DNA from: an uncultured Bacillales bacterium
GTDB taxonomy: Bacteria; Bacillota_I; Bacilli_A; RFN20; CAG-826
NCBI GenBank assembly: GCA_947164155.1
Contig: CAMUVS010000003.1
Location: forward strand, 22,570-86,569
Direction: 5' to 3'
DNA length: 64,000 nt
Shown here: piece by piece, positions 1 to 8,143 of the stretch
Position numbering within the stretch: the stretch's first letter is position 1
Layout of the letters: every line of letters begins with the position of its first letter
Translations under genes and position numbers: made by a program
Notes under the pieces: model-generated
Seen by the model: the letters and a program-made list of their open reading frames with translations, nothing else
Database searches by the model: none
Told to the model about the DNA's origin: nothing

Positions 1-609
1 ATTATTAAGTTCATATAAACCATTATTTTTAATAGTAACTTTAACGGGATTAGCCTTATCTTCGTTAAATCTACCAGAACGATAAATTAGGCCTTGCTTA
101 ATATAAGTCTTATATTTATTAGTGGTAGAGTCATAAGTGCCCCAGCCACCTAAATCTCTAAAGTTCTCCACTCCTTCAATATTTAAATGACGAGGTTGAG
201 CAATAGTTGGATGATATTTATAGTGAGCAACATTACTAGTCTCTTTTCCTGTTTCGCTACTAACAGTCCAATAATAATCAGTGTCTAATTCGTCATTATA
301 AAAGTCAAGAAACGTATTAGGAGTTACATATTGTACTACTAAATCAGTAAGTTCTTCGTCTTTATATAATTTCACTGTGAAACTATCTCCAGAACCATCC
401 CAGCTTAATCTTACAGGTGTTGGTAAACCAACCGACATATTGCCGTTATATGGGGATGTATTTGAATTATCGGTGTTTTCAAGATAAATCATTTGAATTT
501 GACTAGGTCTAGCACCATCTCTAGTTGATTTAGTTTCTTTAGAAACGCTTTCTCCACATGAAGATAAACAAATCACTAACAATGGAAATAGGCATAGATT
601 TTTTTTCAT
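1..609 (-). CDS. Lipoprotein, N-terminal part only (C-terminus runs off the window start); tyrosine/serine phosphatase-like (Y_phosphatase3-type) domain after a beta-rich N-terminal region
   Basis: Absent from the ORF track because no stop lies in the window. Hand translation of the reverse strand from ATG (607-609) gives MKKNLCLFPLLVICLSSCGESVS... (lipobox LSSC). Further on it reads ...IEGVENFRDLGGWGTYDSTTNKYKTYIKQGLIYRSGRF..., the NFRDLGG / YRSG signature of the PF13350-type phosphatase family. It starts 3 nt after the stop of the nuclease gene. Confidence 0.7.
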   Translation of the reverse strand, partial: MKKNLCLFPLLVICLSSCGESVSKETKSTRDGARPSQIQMIYLENTDNSNTSPYNGNMSVGLPTPVRLSWDGSGDSFTVKLYKDEELTDLVVQYVTPNTFLDFYNDELDTDYYWTVSSETGKETSNVAHYKYHPTIAQPRHLNIEGVENFRDLGGWGTYDSTTNKYKTYIKQGLIYRSGRFNEDKANPVKVTIKNNGLYELNN

Positions 610-612
610 TTT

Positions 613-1815
613 TTATTCCTCGTTTTTCTTTCTTTTATTTCTAGAAATAATCATCAATCCAGCACCTAATAAAGAGATAGTTGATAAAAGAACACTAGTA
701 GTAACAATATTACCTCCACAACCACTGCTACTAGAAACAGCTCCGCCTCGAACTGTAATTTCACAAGTTGCAACGTGTCTACCATCACTAGTAATAACTG
801 TAATGGTGGCGTTGCCTCCACTATAGGCACTAACTAATCCTTTATCAGATACACGAGCAACATTCTCATTAGAACTTCCCCAATATAATTCGGGTAATGT
901 TGCACTAGATGGATTAGGTGACACAGTTAATTGTAAAGAATCACCAATATCTAAAGTTGCTTCAGTATAATTTAGTACGATATCAGTAATGGTGTCAGAT
1001 GGGGTTGGAGTTGGAGTTGGTGACAAACCACAAGCTTTACGAGTGTTATCATTTTCATTACCCCATATCTTACAAGCATATTCAGGATGATCGATAAATG
1101 GATTTCTATTTCCTTGAAGTTTTTCAGCTTCAGTATTTCGAGTTTTTTCTCGATTTAAGACCGGGTATTTTAAATTCCATTCAAGTAATGTACTTAATTT
1201 TCCCATCGTGTGGTTGCTAGAAGAATCGATATCGCGATCAACTAAACCTAATCGGGAGTCAGCAACAACGCAATAGAAAATAATTCTTGCAGAATCTCCT
1301 CGATACGATTCAACGCCTAAACTAGCAGGGTCCCATCCTCTTTCATTTGAATATGTAAATAAAGAATTACCACGACTAGAATTATCAGATGTTAAAGTTG
1401 GACGAGTCATATGAATATCATCTTCTAGTGGGTCATTACCACGACCACCAATAGTTCTACTAGCAGGCCAAGTATGTTCGCGGTTCATATTTCCGCTATA
1501 TTTAGCAGATTTGCCGCTATAAAAAGAGGTCACTTGGCCAGAAGAAGTACCTGGATCTGTTAATTGAAATTTACTAGGCATATTATCATAACCAACCAAA
1601 GATCTTCTTTTAGAAGTATTTAATGATTGAAGCGAAGATAATAAAGTAGTGCCACTACTAGATTCACTAATTCCACTATAGTAGATTTCTGGGGTGGTAT
1701 TTGAATATGCAAGTGTAGCAATAGTCTCTTTATTAGAGTTTAAAACAAAAGCAGACATTGCCACTGTAATACCTAAAGAAGATAATCCAATAAATAATTT
1801 CTTTTTAAAATTCAT
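613..1815 (-). CDS. Surface-anchored extracellular endonuclease I family nuclease with PT linker, Big_2 Ig-like domain and C-terminal TM anchor
   Basis: N-terminal signal/TM segment. Endonuclease I-type motifs NREHTWPAS, YRGDSARIIFY and GNRNPFIDHPEYA. PTPTPTP linker. Big_2-like segment (LQLTVSPNPSSATLPELYWGSSNENVARVSDKGLVSAYSGGNATITV). C-terminal hydrophobic helix plus RNKRKKNEE tail. Confidence 0.8.
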   Translation of the reverse strand: MNFKKKLFIGLSSLGITVAMSAFVLNSNKETIATLAYSNTTPEIYYSGISESSSGTTLLSSLQSLNTSKRRSLVGYDNMPSKFQLTDPGTSSGQVTSFYSGKSAKYSGNMNREHTWPASRTIGGRGNDPLEDDIHMTRPTLTSDNSSRGNSLFTYSNERGWDPASLGVESYRGDSARIIFYCVVADSRLGLVDRDIDSSSNHTMGKLSTLLEWNLKYPVLNREKTRNTEAEKLQGNRNPFIDHPEYACKIWGNENDNTRKACGLSPTPTPTPSDTITDIVLNYTEATLDIGDSLQLTVSPNPSSATLPELYWGSSNENVARVSDKGLVSAYSGGNATITVITSDGRHVATCEITVRGGAVSSSSGCGGNIVTTSVLLSTISLLGAGLMIISRNKRKKNEE

Positions 1816-1932
1816 GATTAATACCTTATATCAATTTTGATAATAAATTAATTTATTATTATTATAGTCAATATTCACTAAAAATAAAAGAAAGCCACAT
1901 AAATATCTACGATTTAGTTTTTAAAACATATT

Positions 1933-1956
1933 AAAAGGCGATTGTTTTCGCCTTTT
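1933..1956 (-). terminator. Rho-independent terminator after parE (hairpin symmetric, could act in both directions)
   Basis: Plus strand reads aaaaggcga-ttgtt-tcgcctttt. The stem AAAGGCGA/TCGCCTTT is flanked by A/T runs and lies 5 nt downstream of the parE stop. Confidence 0.6.
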
Positions 1957-1960
1957 AATA

Positions 1961-2269
1961 TTACCAATTGCTAATTTGAGTTATGTCTCTTCCTTGATAG
2001 AGAACATGAAGAATGTTTACTGTTTTTAATAGTTCATCAACAGAATAGAAGATATTGAATTTTTTTACAGATACTTTTCGAATATCGTCCTTAATAACTG
2101 CAAATCTAAGCGGAAATGTTGTTAATGATTTGATTGTCTCTAAGACTTTTTCTCTAAAAGTATCAGCAACCATCTCATTATTCAATTGGTAAGTCATATA
2201 ATCAATTATTAAAGCCATATCAATCGCGAATGAGTTGGTGATTTCAATTTTATAAGCTTCGATACTAAT
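1961..2269 (-). CDS. parE: ParE/RelE-family type II toxin; start codon uncertain (probably non-ATG, see findings)
   Basis: The ORF-track ATG version (1961..2218) lacks the conserved N-terminal strand. The in-frame upstream sequence reads I-S-I-E-A-YKIEITNSFAIDMALIIDYM..., which matches the canonical ParE N-terminus (YKIEIT..A..DL..I.DYI). The C-terminus FNIFYSVDELLKTVNILHVLYQGRD is typical of ParE/RelE. There is no ATG/GTG/TTG between the upstream in-frame stop and that strand. An ATT at 2267-2269 overlaps the antitoxin stop. Confidence 0.65.
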   Translation of the reverse strand: MSIEAYKIEITNSFAIDMALIIDYMTYQLNNEMVADTFREKVLETIKSLTTFPLRFAVIKDDIRKVSVKKFNIFYSVDELLKTVNILHVLYQGRDITQISNW

Positions 2270-2570
2270 GTCCGTATCTTTCTTTAAGAAATTGTTCTAA
2301 ATCTTCTAAGGAAATGACTCTGCCAGCTTTGACATCATCCACCCCTGTTTGAACTATTTTCATTACTTCTTCTTCAGACATATCACCTGTTGCAATTGGT
2401 TCTCTAACAGGAAGGGAGACATCAAATGGAATTTTCCCAGTTAAAATAACTTGGTGATAAAGCATATTTATTAATCCACTAGGGGTTACACCTAATTGTC
2501 TTAGTATCGCTTCAGCTTGTGTTTTCGTATTTGAATCAATACGCACAAAAATTGCTGCATCACTTGCCAT
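2265..2570 (-). CDS. relB: RelB/DinJ-family type II antitoxin
   Basis: AIFVRIDSNTKTQAEAILRQLGVTPSGLINMLYHQVILTGKIPF is the ribbon-helix-helix RelB/DinJ signature. The start was moved to the ATG at 2568-2570 (MASDAA...), preceded by AAAGGAGGAAATATCTT. The track's longer start has no RBS. Confidence 0.8.
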   Translation of the reverse strand: MASDAAIFVRIDSNTKTQAEAILRQLGVTPSGLINMLYHQVILTGKIPFDVSLPVREPIATGDMSEEEVMKIVQTGVDDVKAGRVISLEDLEQFLKERYGH

Positions 2571-2594
2571 AAGATATTTCCTCCTTTCATAATT

Positions 2595-2623
2595 ATGATA
2601 AATCAATTGATATACATTAGCAA
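2595..2623 (-). promoter_or_regulatory. Candidate sigma-70-type promoter of relB-parE with a 10-bp perfect palindrome in the spacer
   Basis: Minus-strand reading is TTGCTA - 17 nt (atgtatATCAATTGATt) - TATCAT. The palindrome ATCAATTGAT occupies 2602-2611, a likely autorepression operator for an RHH antitoxin. Confidence 0.45.
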
Positions 2624-2631
2624 TACTTAAA

Positions 2632-2664
2632 AGATAAATAAAAGGAGACTCCGAAGAATCTCCT
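2632..2664 (-). terminator. Rho-independent terminator of tuf (str operon end)
   Basis: Minus-strand RNA is AGGAGAUUC-UUCG-GAGUCUCCU: a 9-bp stem with one G-U and a UUCG tetraloop, followed by UUUUAUUUAUCUUUU. It lies about 25 nt after the tuf stop. Confidence 0.75.
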
Positions 2665-2687
2665 AATTGATTAATACGTTAACTAAA

Positions 2688-3872
2688 TTATTTAAGGATT
2701 TCGTTAACTGTACCAGCACCAACGGTTCTACCACCTTCACGGATGGAGAATTTGGTACCTTTTTCAAGAGCGATTGGGTGAATTAATTCAACGGTTAATT
2801 CAACGTTATCGCCTGGCATAACCATGTCGGTTCCAGCTGGAAGAGTGATAACACCAGTAACATCAGTTGTACGGAAGTAGAATTGTGGACGGTAGTTGCT
2901 TAAGAAAGCTGTATGACGGCCACCTTCTTCTTTGGTTAAAACGTAAACAGAGGCTTTGAATTTGGTGTGTGGAGTAACGGTTCCTGGTTTTGCAAGAACT
3001 TGACCACGTTGGACTTGATCACGGTTGATACCTCTTAAAAGGACACCAACGTTATCACCAGCTTGGACAAAGTCACAAGTTTTTCTGAAGGATTCAAGAC
3101 CAGTAATAACTGATTTTTGAGTTTCTTTAATACCAACGATTTCCACTTCGTCACCGAGTTTAGCACTACCTCTTTCAACACGGCCAGTAACGACTGTACC
3201 ACGTCCGGAAATAGTCATAACGTCTTCGATAGCGAGTAAGAATGGTTTATCGGTATCTCTGGTTGGAGCTGGGATATAGGAATCACATGCATCCATTAAT
3301 TCCATAATTGCAGCTTCAGCTTTTGGATCTCCATCAAGAGCGGCTCTAGCGGAACCACGAATCACTGGGACTTCATCTCCTGGGAAGCCATAGCTATTTA
3401 ATAAGTCACGGACATCCATTTCAACTAAGTCTAATAATTCTGGGTCATCGACTAAGTCAGTCTTGTTAATGAAGACGACGATGTAAGGAACACCAACTTG
3501 ACGTGCAAGTAAGATGTGTTCACGAGTTTGTGGCATAACGCCATCAGTACCGGCAACAACTAAGATTGCACCATCCATTTGAGCAGCACCAGTAATCATG
3601 TTTTTGACATAGTCAGCGTGACCTGGACAGTCAACGTGTGCATAGTGTCTTTTTTCTGTTTGATACTCAATGTGGGCAGTATTAATTGTAATACCACGAG
3701 CTTTTTCTTCTGGAGCAGCATCGATTTGATCGTATGCTTTCTTTTCAGATAAGCCTTTTTTTGCTAAGACAGTTGTAATAGCGGCGGTTAATGTGGTCTT
3801 ACCGTGGTCAACGTGACCAATGGTACCAATGTTAACGTGCTCTTTAGATCTGTCAAATTTTTCCTTTGCCAT
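2688..3872 (-). CDS. tuf: Translation elongation factor Tu
   Basis: Full-length EF-Tu with [18 protein letters not shown] and NKTD motifs. The start was set to [12 protein letters not shown], preceded by AAAGGAGAAATTCATACA. The track ORF adds 7 spurious residues. Confidence 0.98.
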   Translation of the reverse strand: MAKEKFDRSKEHVNIGTIGHVDHGKTTLTAAITTVLAKKGLSEKKAYDQIDAAPEEKARGITINTAHIEYQTEKRHYAHVDCPGHADYVKNMITGAAQMDGAILVVAGTDGVMPQTREHILLARQVGVPYIVVFINKTDLVDDPELLDLVEMDVRDLLNSYGFPGDEVPVIRGSARAALDGDPKAEAAIMELMDACDSYIPAPTRDTDKPFLLAIEDVMTISGRGTVVTGRVERGSAKLGDEVEIVGIKETQKSVITGLESFRKTCDFVQAGDNVGVLLRGINRDQVQRGQVLAKPGTVTPHTKFKASVYVLTKEEGGRHTAFLSNYRPQFYFRTTDVTGVITLPAGTDMVMPGDNVELTVELIHPIALEKGTKFSIREGGRTVGAGTVNEILK

Positions 3873-3978
3873 TGTATGAATTTCTCCTTTCAATAAATGA
3901 ATTCAACATTTTTAATATATAGCAAGTTTAATTTATAATCAATACCAATCTATTGGTAATAATTATCTTACATTAAGA

Positions 3979-6054
3979 TTAGCGAGCAGACATCCCGCTT
4001 TTCTTAATAATTTCGTCTTGGACGTATCTTGGGCATTCGCCATAATGATCGAATTGCATTGCGTAGTTACCACGTCCTTGGGTCATACTACGTAAGTCGG
4101 TAACGTAACCAAACATTTCTGAGAGTGGTACTTCCGCTTCAATGATTTTGGCGTTGCTTCTTTGAGATTCACCAGTGACGAGTCCACGTCTACGGGCGAT
4201 ATCACCAAGAACATCACCATAATATTGTTCTGGAACAGTAACTTCAATCTTCATGATTGGTTCTAAGATCACTGGGTTACACTTCTTTGCAGCTTCTTTA
4301 AGAGCCATACTAGCAGCAATCTTATAAGCAGCTTCGGAAGAGTCAACATCATGGTAACTACCATCGAATAAGGTGGCTTTAATATCCATGACTTGGAATC
4401 CAGCAACCATACCTCTACCTAAGGCATCAACTAAGCCGTCTTGAGTTGGTTTGATATATTCTCTTGGAACACTACCACCAACAATCGCATCGACGAATTC
4501 GAAGCCTTTTCCTGGGTTTGGTTCAAATTTGATCCAAACGTGACCGTATTGTCCACGACCACCAGATTGTTTGATGTATTTACCTTCACAATCCGCTGAA
4601 CTTTTAATGGTTTCACGGTATTCAACTTGTGGAGCACCAACATTAACCGCAACATTGAATTCTCTTCTCATACGATCAACGATGATGTCTAAGTGTAATT
4701 CACCAACTCCAGCAATAATGGTTTGACCAGTCTCCGCATTAGTTCTCACTCTGAAGGTTGGATCTTCTTCAGCGAGTTTTTGAAGGGCGATAGACATTTT
4801 TTCTTGGTCAGCTTTGGTCTTTGGTTCCACTGCTTCTTCAATAACTGGATCTGGGAATTCCATCTTTTCAAGAATCACTGGGTTCTTTTCGTCACATAAG
4901 GTATCACCTGTGGTGGTATTCTTAAGTCCGACAACAGCACCAATATCACCAGCATGAAGTTCATCAACTTCTTGTCTGTGGTTGGAGTGCATCAAGACAA
5001 CACGAGCAATTCTTTCTTTTACACCTTTGGTGGAGTTTAAGACATAGCTTCCAGATTTAAGTGTACCGCTATAGACACGAACATAGGCTAATCTACCAAT
5101 GAATGGGTCAGTAGCAATTTTGAAGGCTAACGCACCAAGAGGAGCGTTATCATCTGGCTTACAAGTAACTTCGTTTCCATCTTCATCAGTGCCTTTTGCA
5201 GCAGGGATATCTAATGGACTTGGAAGATAATCAATAACACCATCTAATAAAAGTTGAATGTTCTTGTTCTTATAAGCGCTTCCGCAGAATACTGGGTGGA
5301 ACTCACCAGTTAAGACTGCTTTTCTGATTACAGATTTGATTTCATCAACTGTTGGTTCTTCACCTTCTAAGACTTTCATCATGAATTCATCATCGAAGGC
5401 GGCAAGAGCTTCTAATAATTCCGCTCTATGAGATTCCATTGAATCAACCATATCTTCTGGTACAGGTACTTCTTTTGGTTCTTGGCTACCAGCTTCATAG
5501 ACATAAGCTTTTCTTTCAATAATATCGACTGCACCTTTTAAGGTAGATTCAATACCAATTGGAAGTTGGACAGCTTTTGCATTTGCGCCAAGTCTTTCCT
5601 TTAAGGAACGAACACACATTTCGAAGTCCGCACCAATAGCGTCCAATTTGTTAACAAAGACAATTCTTGGGACGCCATATTTTGAACCTTGTCTCCAAAC
5701 TGTTTCAGTTTGTGGTTCAACACCATTTTTACCATCAAGAACAGTGACAGCACCATCAAGAACTCTTAATGATCTTTCAACTTCAACGGTGAAGTCGACG
5801 TGCCCTGGAGTGTCGATAATGTTAATTCTATTACCTTTCCAGAAAGCAGTTGTCGCTGCGGAGGTAATGGTAATACCTCTTTCTTGTTCTTGTTCCATCC
5901 AGTCCATAGTGGCCGCACCTTCGTGCACTTCACCAATCTTATGGATCTTTCCGGTAAAGAAGAGAATACGTTCTGTGGTTGTAGTTTTACCGGCGTCGAT
6001 GTGAGCCATGATACCGATGTTACGTGTATGAGCTAAATCAAATTCACGTGCCAT
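3979..6054 (-). CDS. fusA: Translation elongation factor G
   Basis: 691 aa with [20 protein letters not shown] and NKLD motifs. It holds the canonical position between rpsG and tuf. Confidence 0.98.
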   Translation of the reverse strand: MAREFDLAHTRNIGIMAHIDAGKTTTTERILFFTGKIHKIGEVHEGAATMDWMEQEQERGITITSAATTAFWKGNRINIIDTPGHVDFTVEVERSLRVLDGAVTVLDGKNGVEPQTETVWRQGSKYGVPRIVFVNKLDAIGADFEMCVRSLKERLGANAKAVQLPIGIESTLKGAVDIIERKAYVYEAGSQEPKEVPVPEDMVDSMESHRAELLEALAAFDDEFMMKVLEGEEPTVDEIKSVIRKAVLTGEFHPVFCGSAYKNKNIQLLLDGVIDYLPSPLDIPAAKGTDEDGNEVTCKPDDNAPLGALAFKIATDPFIGRLAYVRVYSGTLKSGSYVLNSTKGVKERIARVVLMHSNHRQEVDELHAGDIGAVVGLKNTTTGDTLCDEKNPVILEKMEFPDPVIEEAVEPKTKADQEKMSIALQKLAEEDPTFRVRTNAETGQTIIAGVGELHLDIIVDRMRREFNVAVNVGAPQVEYRETIKSSADCEGKYIKQSGGRGQYGHVWIKFEPNPGKGFEFVDAIVGGSVPREYIKPTQDGLVDALGRGMVAGFQVMDIKATLFDGSYHDVDSSEAAYKIAASMALKEAAKKCNPVILEPIMKIEVTVPEQYYGDVLGDIARRRGLVTGESQRSNAKIIEAEVPLSEMFGYVTDLRSMTQGRGNYAMQFDHYGECPRYVQDEIIKKSGMSAR

Positions 6055-6074
6055 AGATTTCTTCTCCTATAAGA

Positions 6075-6545
6075 TTACCAACGGTAATGTGCATAAGCTT
6101 TATTAGCTTCTGCCATCTTGTGGGTATCTTCTCTCTTTTTCACTGAAGCACCAGTGCCATTAGCAGCGTCGATGATTTCGCCCGCTAATCTTTCTTCCAT
6201 GCTTTTTTCGTTTCTAAGTCTAGAATAGTTAACTAACCATCTTAAACCTAATGTAACTTTTCTTTCTGGAGAAACTTCAGTAGGTACTTGGTAGTTAGCC
6301 GCACCAATTCTTCTGACCTTTAATTCGACTTCAGGCATGATGTTGTTGATTGCGGTAGCGAAGACGTCCATTGCTGGTTTACCGGTCTTTGCTTCAATTT
6401 TGTTGAAGGCGGAATAAAGAATAGTTTGTGCTGTTCCTTTTTTGCCATCAATCATGATTTTGTTAATTAAACGTGTTACGAGTTTTGAATTGTAAATTGG
6501 ATCTGGTAACACATCACGTTTACTTACGCTTCCTTTACGTGGCAT
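6075..6545 (-). CDS. rpsG: 30S ribosomal protein S7
   Basis: [37 protein letters not shown]... is a canonical S7 sequence in the str operon position. Confidence 0.98.
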   Translation of the reverse strand: MPRKGSVSKRDVLPDPIYNSKLVTRLINKIMIDGKKGTAQTILYSAFNKIEAKTGKPAMDVFATAINNIMPEVELKVRRIGAANYQVPTEVSPERKVTLGLRWLVNYSRLRNEKSMEERLAGEIIDAANGTGASVKKREDTHKMAEANKAYAHYRW

Positions 6546-6564
6546 CTTTCTTTCCTCCTTCTAA

Positions 6565-6984
6565 TTATTTCGCCGCTTTTGGTTTCTTAGAACCATATAA
6601 GCTACGTCCTTGACGACGGGCTTCAATTCCGGCGCAGTCAAGTGTTCCTCTAATAATGTGATAACGAACACCTGGTAAGTCCTTAACACGGCCGCCTCTA
6701 ATCATGACGGTTGAGTGTTCTTGTAAGTTATGTCCTTCACCACCAATATAGGCTGTAACTTCATAACCATTGCTTAATCTAACACGAGCGTATTTTCTTA
6801 AAGCAGAGTTTGGTTTTTTAGGGGTCATGGTACCAACACGGGTACAAACACCTCTTTTTTGGCTAGCTGCTTGGTTGGTTTCTTTTTTCTTTAAAGAGTT
6901 CCATCTTTTACCAAGAGCAGGAGCTTTTGATTTTACAGTGGCGGTTCTACGACCTTCACGGACTAATTGATTAATTGTTGGCAT
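6565..6984 (-). CDS. rpsL: 30S ribosomal protein S12
   Basis: MPTINQLVR...[11 protein letters not shown]...[18 protein letters not shown] is a canonical S12 sequence. Confidence 0.98.
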   Translation of the reverse strand: MPTINQLVREGRRTATVKSKAPALGKRWNSLKKKETNQAASQKRGVCTRVGTMTPKKPNSALRKYARVRLSNGYEVTAYIGGEGHNLQEHSTVMIRGGRVKDLPGVRYHIIRGTLDCAGIEARRQGRSLYGSKKPKAAK

Positions 6985-7139
6985 ATATTGCTCCTTTCAA
7001 TTACTTATTAGTTTTTGACTTGTGAACTGTCCACGTTACCGGGTGTGTCGGCTTCTTTCCTTAAAAAAGCGACCTCAACGGTCAACGTGCTCCAATTTCA
7101 CACGCTCATATATTATATATAGGTAAAAAAATCGCGCAA
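6985..7139 (-). promoter_or_regulatory. str-operon promoter plus GC-rich structured 5' leader
   Basis: Minus-strand reading is TTGCGC (7139-7134) - 16 nt - TATAAT (7117-7112). An approximately 120-nt leader follows that is unusually GC-rich for this window. It contains a long-range pairing CACGUUGACCG...CGGUAACGUG, and then AAAGGAG lies before the rpsL ATG. Confidence 0.45.
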
Positions 7140-7160
7140 CAAAAAAATAAAAAAAATTGT

Positions 7161-7192
7161 AAAAATGAAAACGCCACCTTATTTCGGGCAGC
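7161..7192 (-). terminator. Possible weak terminator after hepT
   Basis: Minus-strand RNA is GCUGCC-cgaaauaa-GGUGGC (6-bp stem with two G-U pairs), followed by GUUUUCAUUUUU. Confidence 0.35.
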
Positions 7193-7203
7193 ATCTTCTC
7201 AAA

Positions 7204-7548
7204 TTATTCTTTTTCATTTAGCGCTTTTTCAAGCAACTGCTTTAGTGTAGGAATATCTTTTTCTGCTGTATCAAGCAAAATGCTTAAACTTACGCTTTCA
7301 TAATTATGGGCAACTCGATTTCGTATCCCTCTTAGATTATCGATATGTAACCAAGGGTGATTTAATCTAAATTCAGCAGAAAGCCTGGTGCTATCTTCAT
7401 ACAATTTTTCAAATTCGAATTGCAATGCATCGCTAAGAATATATTCATTTTGAATTCTATCTCTTCCATTTTTTGAATAGATTTCTATTATTCTACTTGT
7501 TTTTTCAATCATCATTGAGATAATTCTATAATCTGTTTGTTCAATCAT
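7204..7548 (-). CDS. hepT: HepT-like HEPN (DUF86) RNase toxin of a type VII HepT/MntA TA pair
   Basis: The Rx4H HEPN motif is present in LRGIRNRVAHNYESV. Size is 114 aa. An ATGA start/stop overlap links it to the upstream nucleotidyltransferase gene. Confidence 0.8.
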   Translation of the reverse strand: MIEQTDYRIISMMIEKTSRIIEIYSKNGRDRIQNEYILSDALQFEFEKLYEDSTRLSAEFRLNHPWLHIDNLRGIRNRVAHNYESVSLSILLDTAEKDIPTLKQLLEKALNEKE

Positions 7549-8012
7549 ATTAATCTAATACCCTCCTTCAATATTTCTAAGATAATCGGGTTATCAGCGC
7601 TTAGATCTTTTAGCCTAACTAAGTCGATTTTTTTCTTTAATGCAGCTCTCATTTCCTCTGCTAAGTTAAAAAAATCTAATCCTGTAATATTTGTATCTAT
7701 AAGTAAATCAACATCACTATTTTCTCTTGCCTCATTACGTGCATAACTGCCAAATAGATAACATTTTGCAATATTTTTTGATTTTAAAATTGGAAGCAAT
7801 AATTCTTTTATTTTATCTAGTGATAATATGCCATGTTCTTCATCGATTTTTAATAAATCAAAAAGTTTTTCAGTTATCATCTTATACTTATATGAGTCTG
7901 CATACGTCTCATTTTCTTCATAGCGGATATAAGTACGATATGGAATGCCAAGCATAGCTGCTGCTTCTTTTTGTGTTAATTTATTTCGTTTTCTAATTTC
8001 TACTAAATTCAT
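7545..8012 (-). CDS. mntA: MntA-like minimal nucleotidyltransferase antitoxin fused to an N-terminal XRE-type HTH domain
   Basis: HTH segment LTQKEAAAMLGIPYRTYIRYE. NTase motif LFGSYARNEARENSDVDLLID (GSxxR...DxD). The start was set at MNLVEIRKRNK (ATG 8010-8012). The track's longer ORF would translate through the upstream repeat array. Confidence 0.75.
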   Translation of the reverse strand: MNLVEIRKRNKLTQKEAAAMLGIPYRTYIRYEENETYADSYKYKMITEKLFDLLKIDEEHGILSLDKIKELLLPILKSKNIAKCYLFGSYARNEARENSDVDLLIDTNITGLDFFNLAEEMRAALKKKIDLVRLKDLSADNPIILEILKEGIRLI

Positions 8013-8023
8013 ACACTTATAAT

Positions 8024-8106
8024 TTACCATTTTGGCATATATTGTCAATTTTAAAGTTACCATTTTGGCATATTATAATTTATGTAAATTTGCCATTTTG
8101 ACATGC
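8024..8106 (-). repeat. Three direct repeats (17 nt, exact 33-nt period) in the mntA-hepT promoter region; candidate operator array
   Basis: Plus strand has TTACCATTTTGGCATAT at 8024-8040 and an identical copy at 8057-8073. A third, degenerate copy TTGCCATTTTGACATGC lies at 8090-8106. Each contains the small inverted repeat CCA-TTT-TGG. A minus-strand TTGACA (8048-8043) sits between repeats 1 and 2. Confidence 0.6.
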
Positions 8107-8143
8107 ATCAAAACTTAAAAATAAAAATAATTTCTAGTTAAAA

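Noticed and set aside
598-606. A8/T8 run at the start of the phosphatase-like lipoprotein gene as a phase-variation tract
   Set aside because: It simply encodes MKKN of a signal peptide. A/T runs of this length are very common throughout this AT-rich sequence, unlike the unique G10 tract.
5648-6036. Two plus-strand ORFs (118 and 78 aa) inside fusA
   Set aside because: They are antisense to a highly conserved gene, have low-complexity composition and lack an RBS. These are typical shadow ORFs. The same applies to the other short antisense or alternate-frame ORFs listed inside tuf, rpoB, rpoC, rplA, glgB, the pullulanase gene and the amylase gene (e.g. 15373-15768, 55535-56044).
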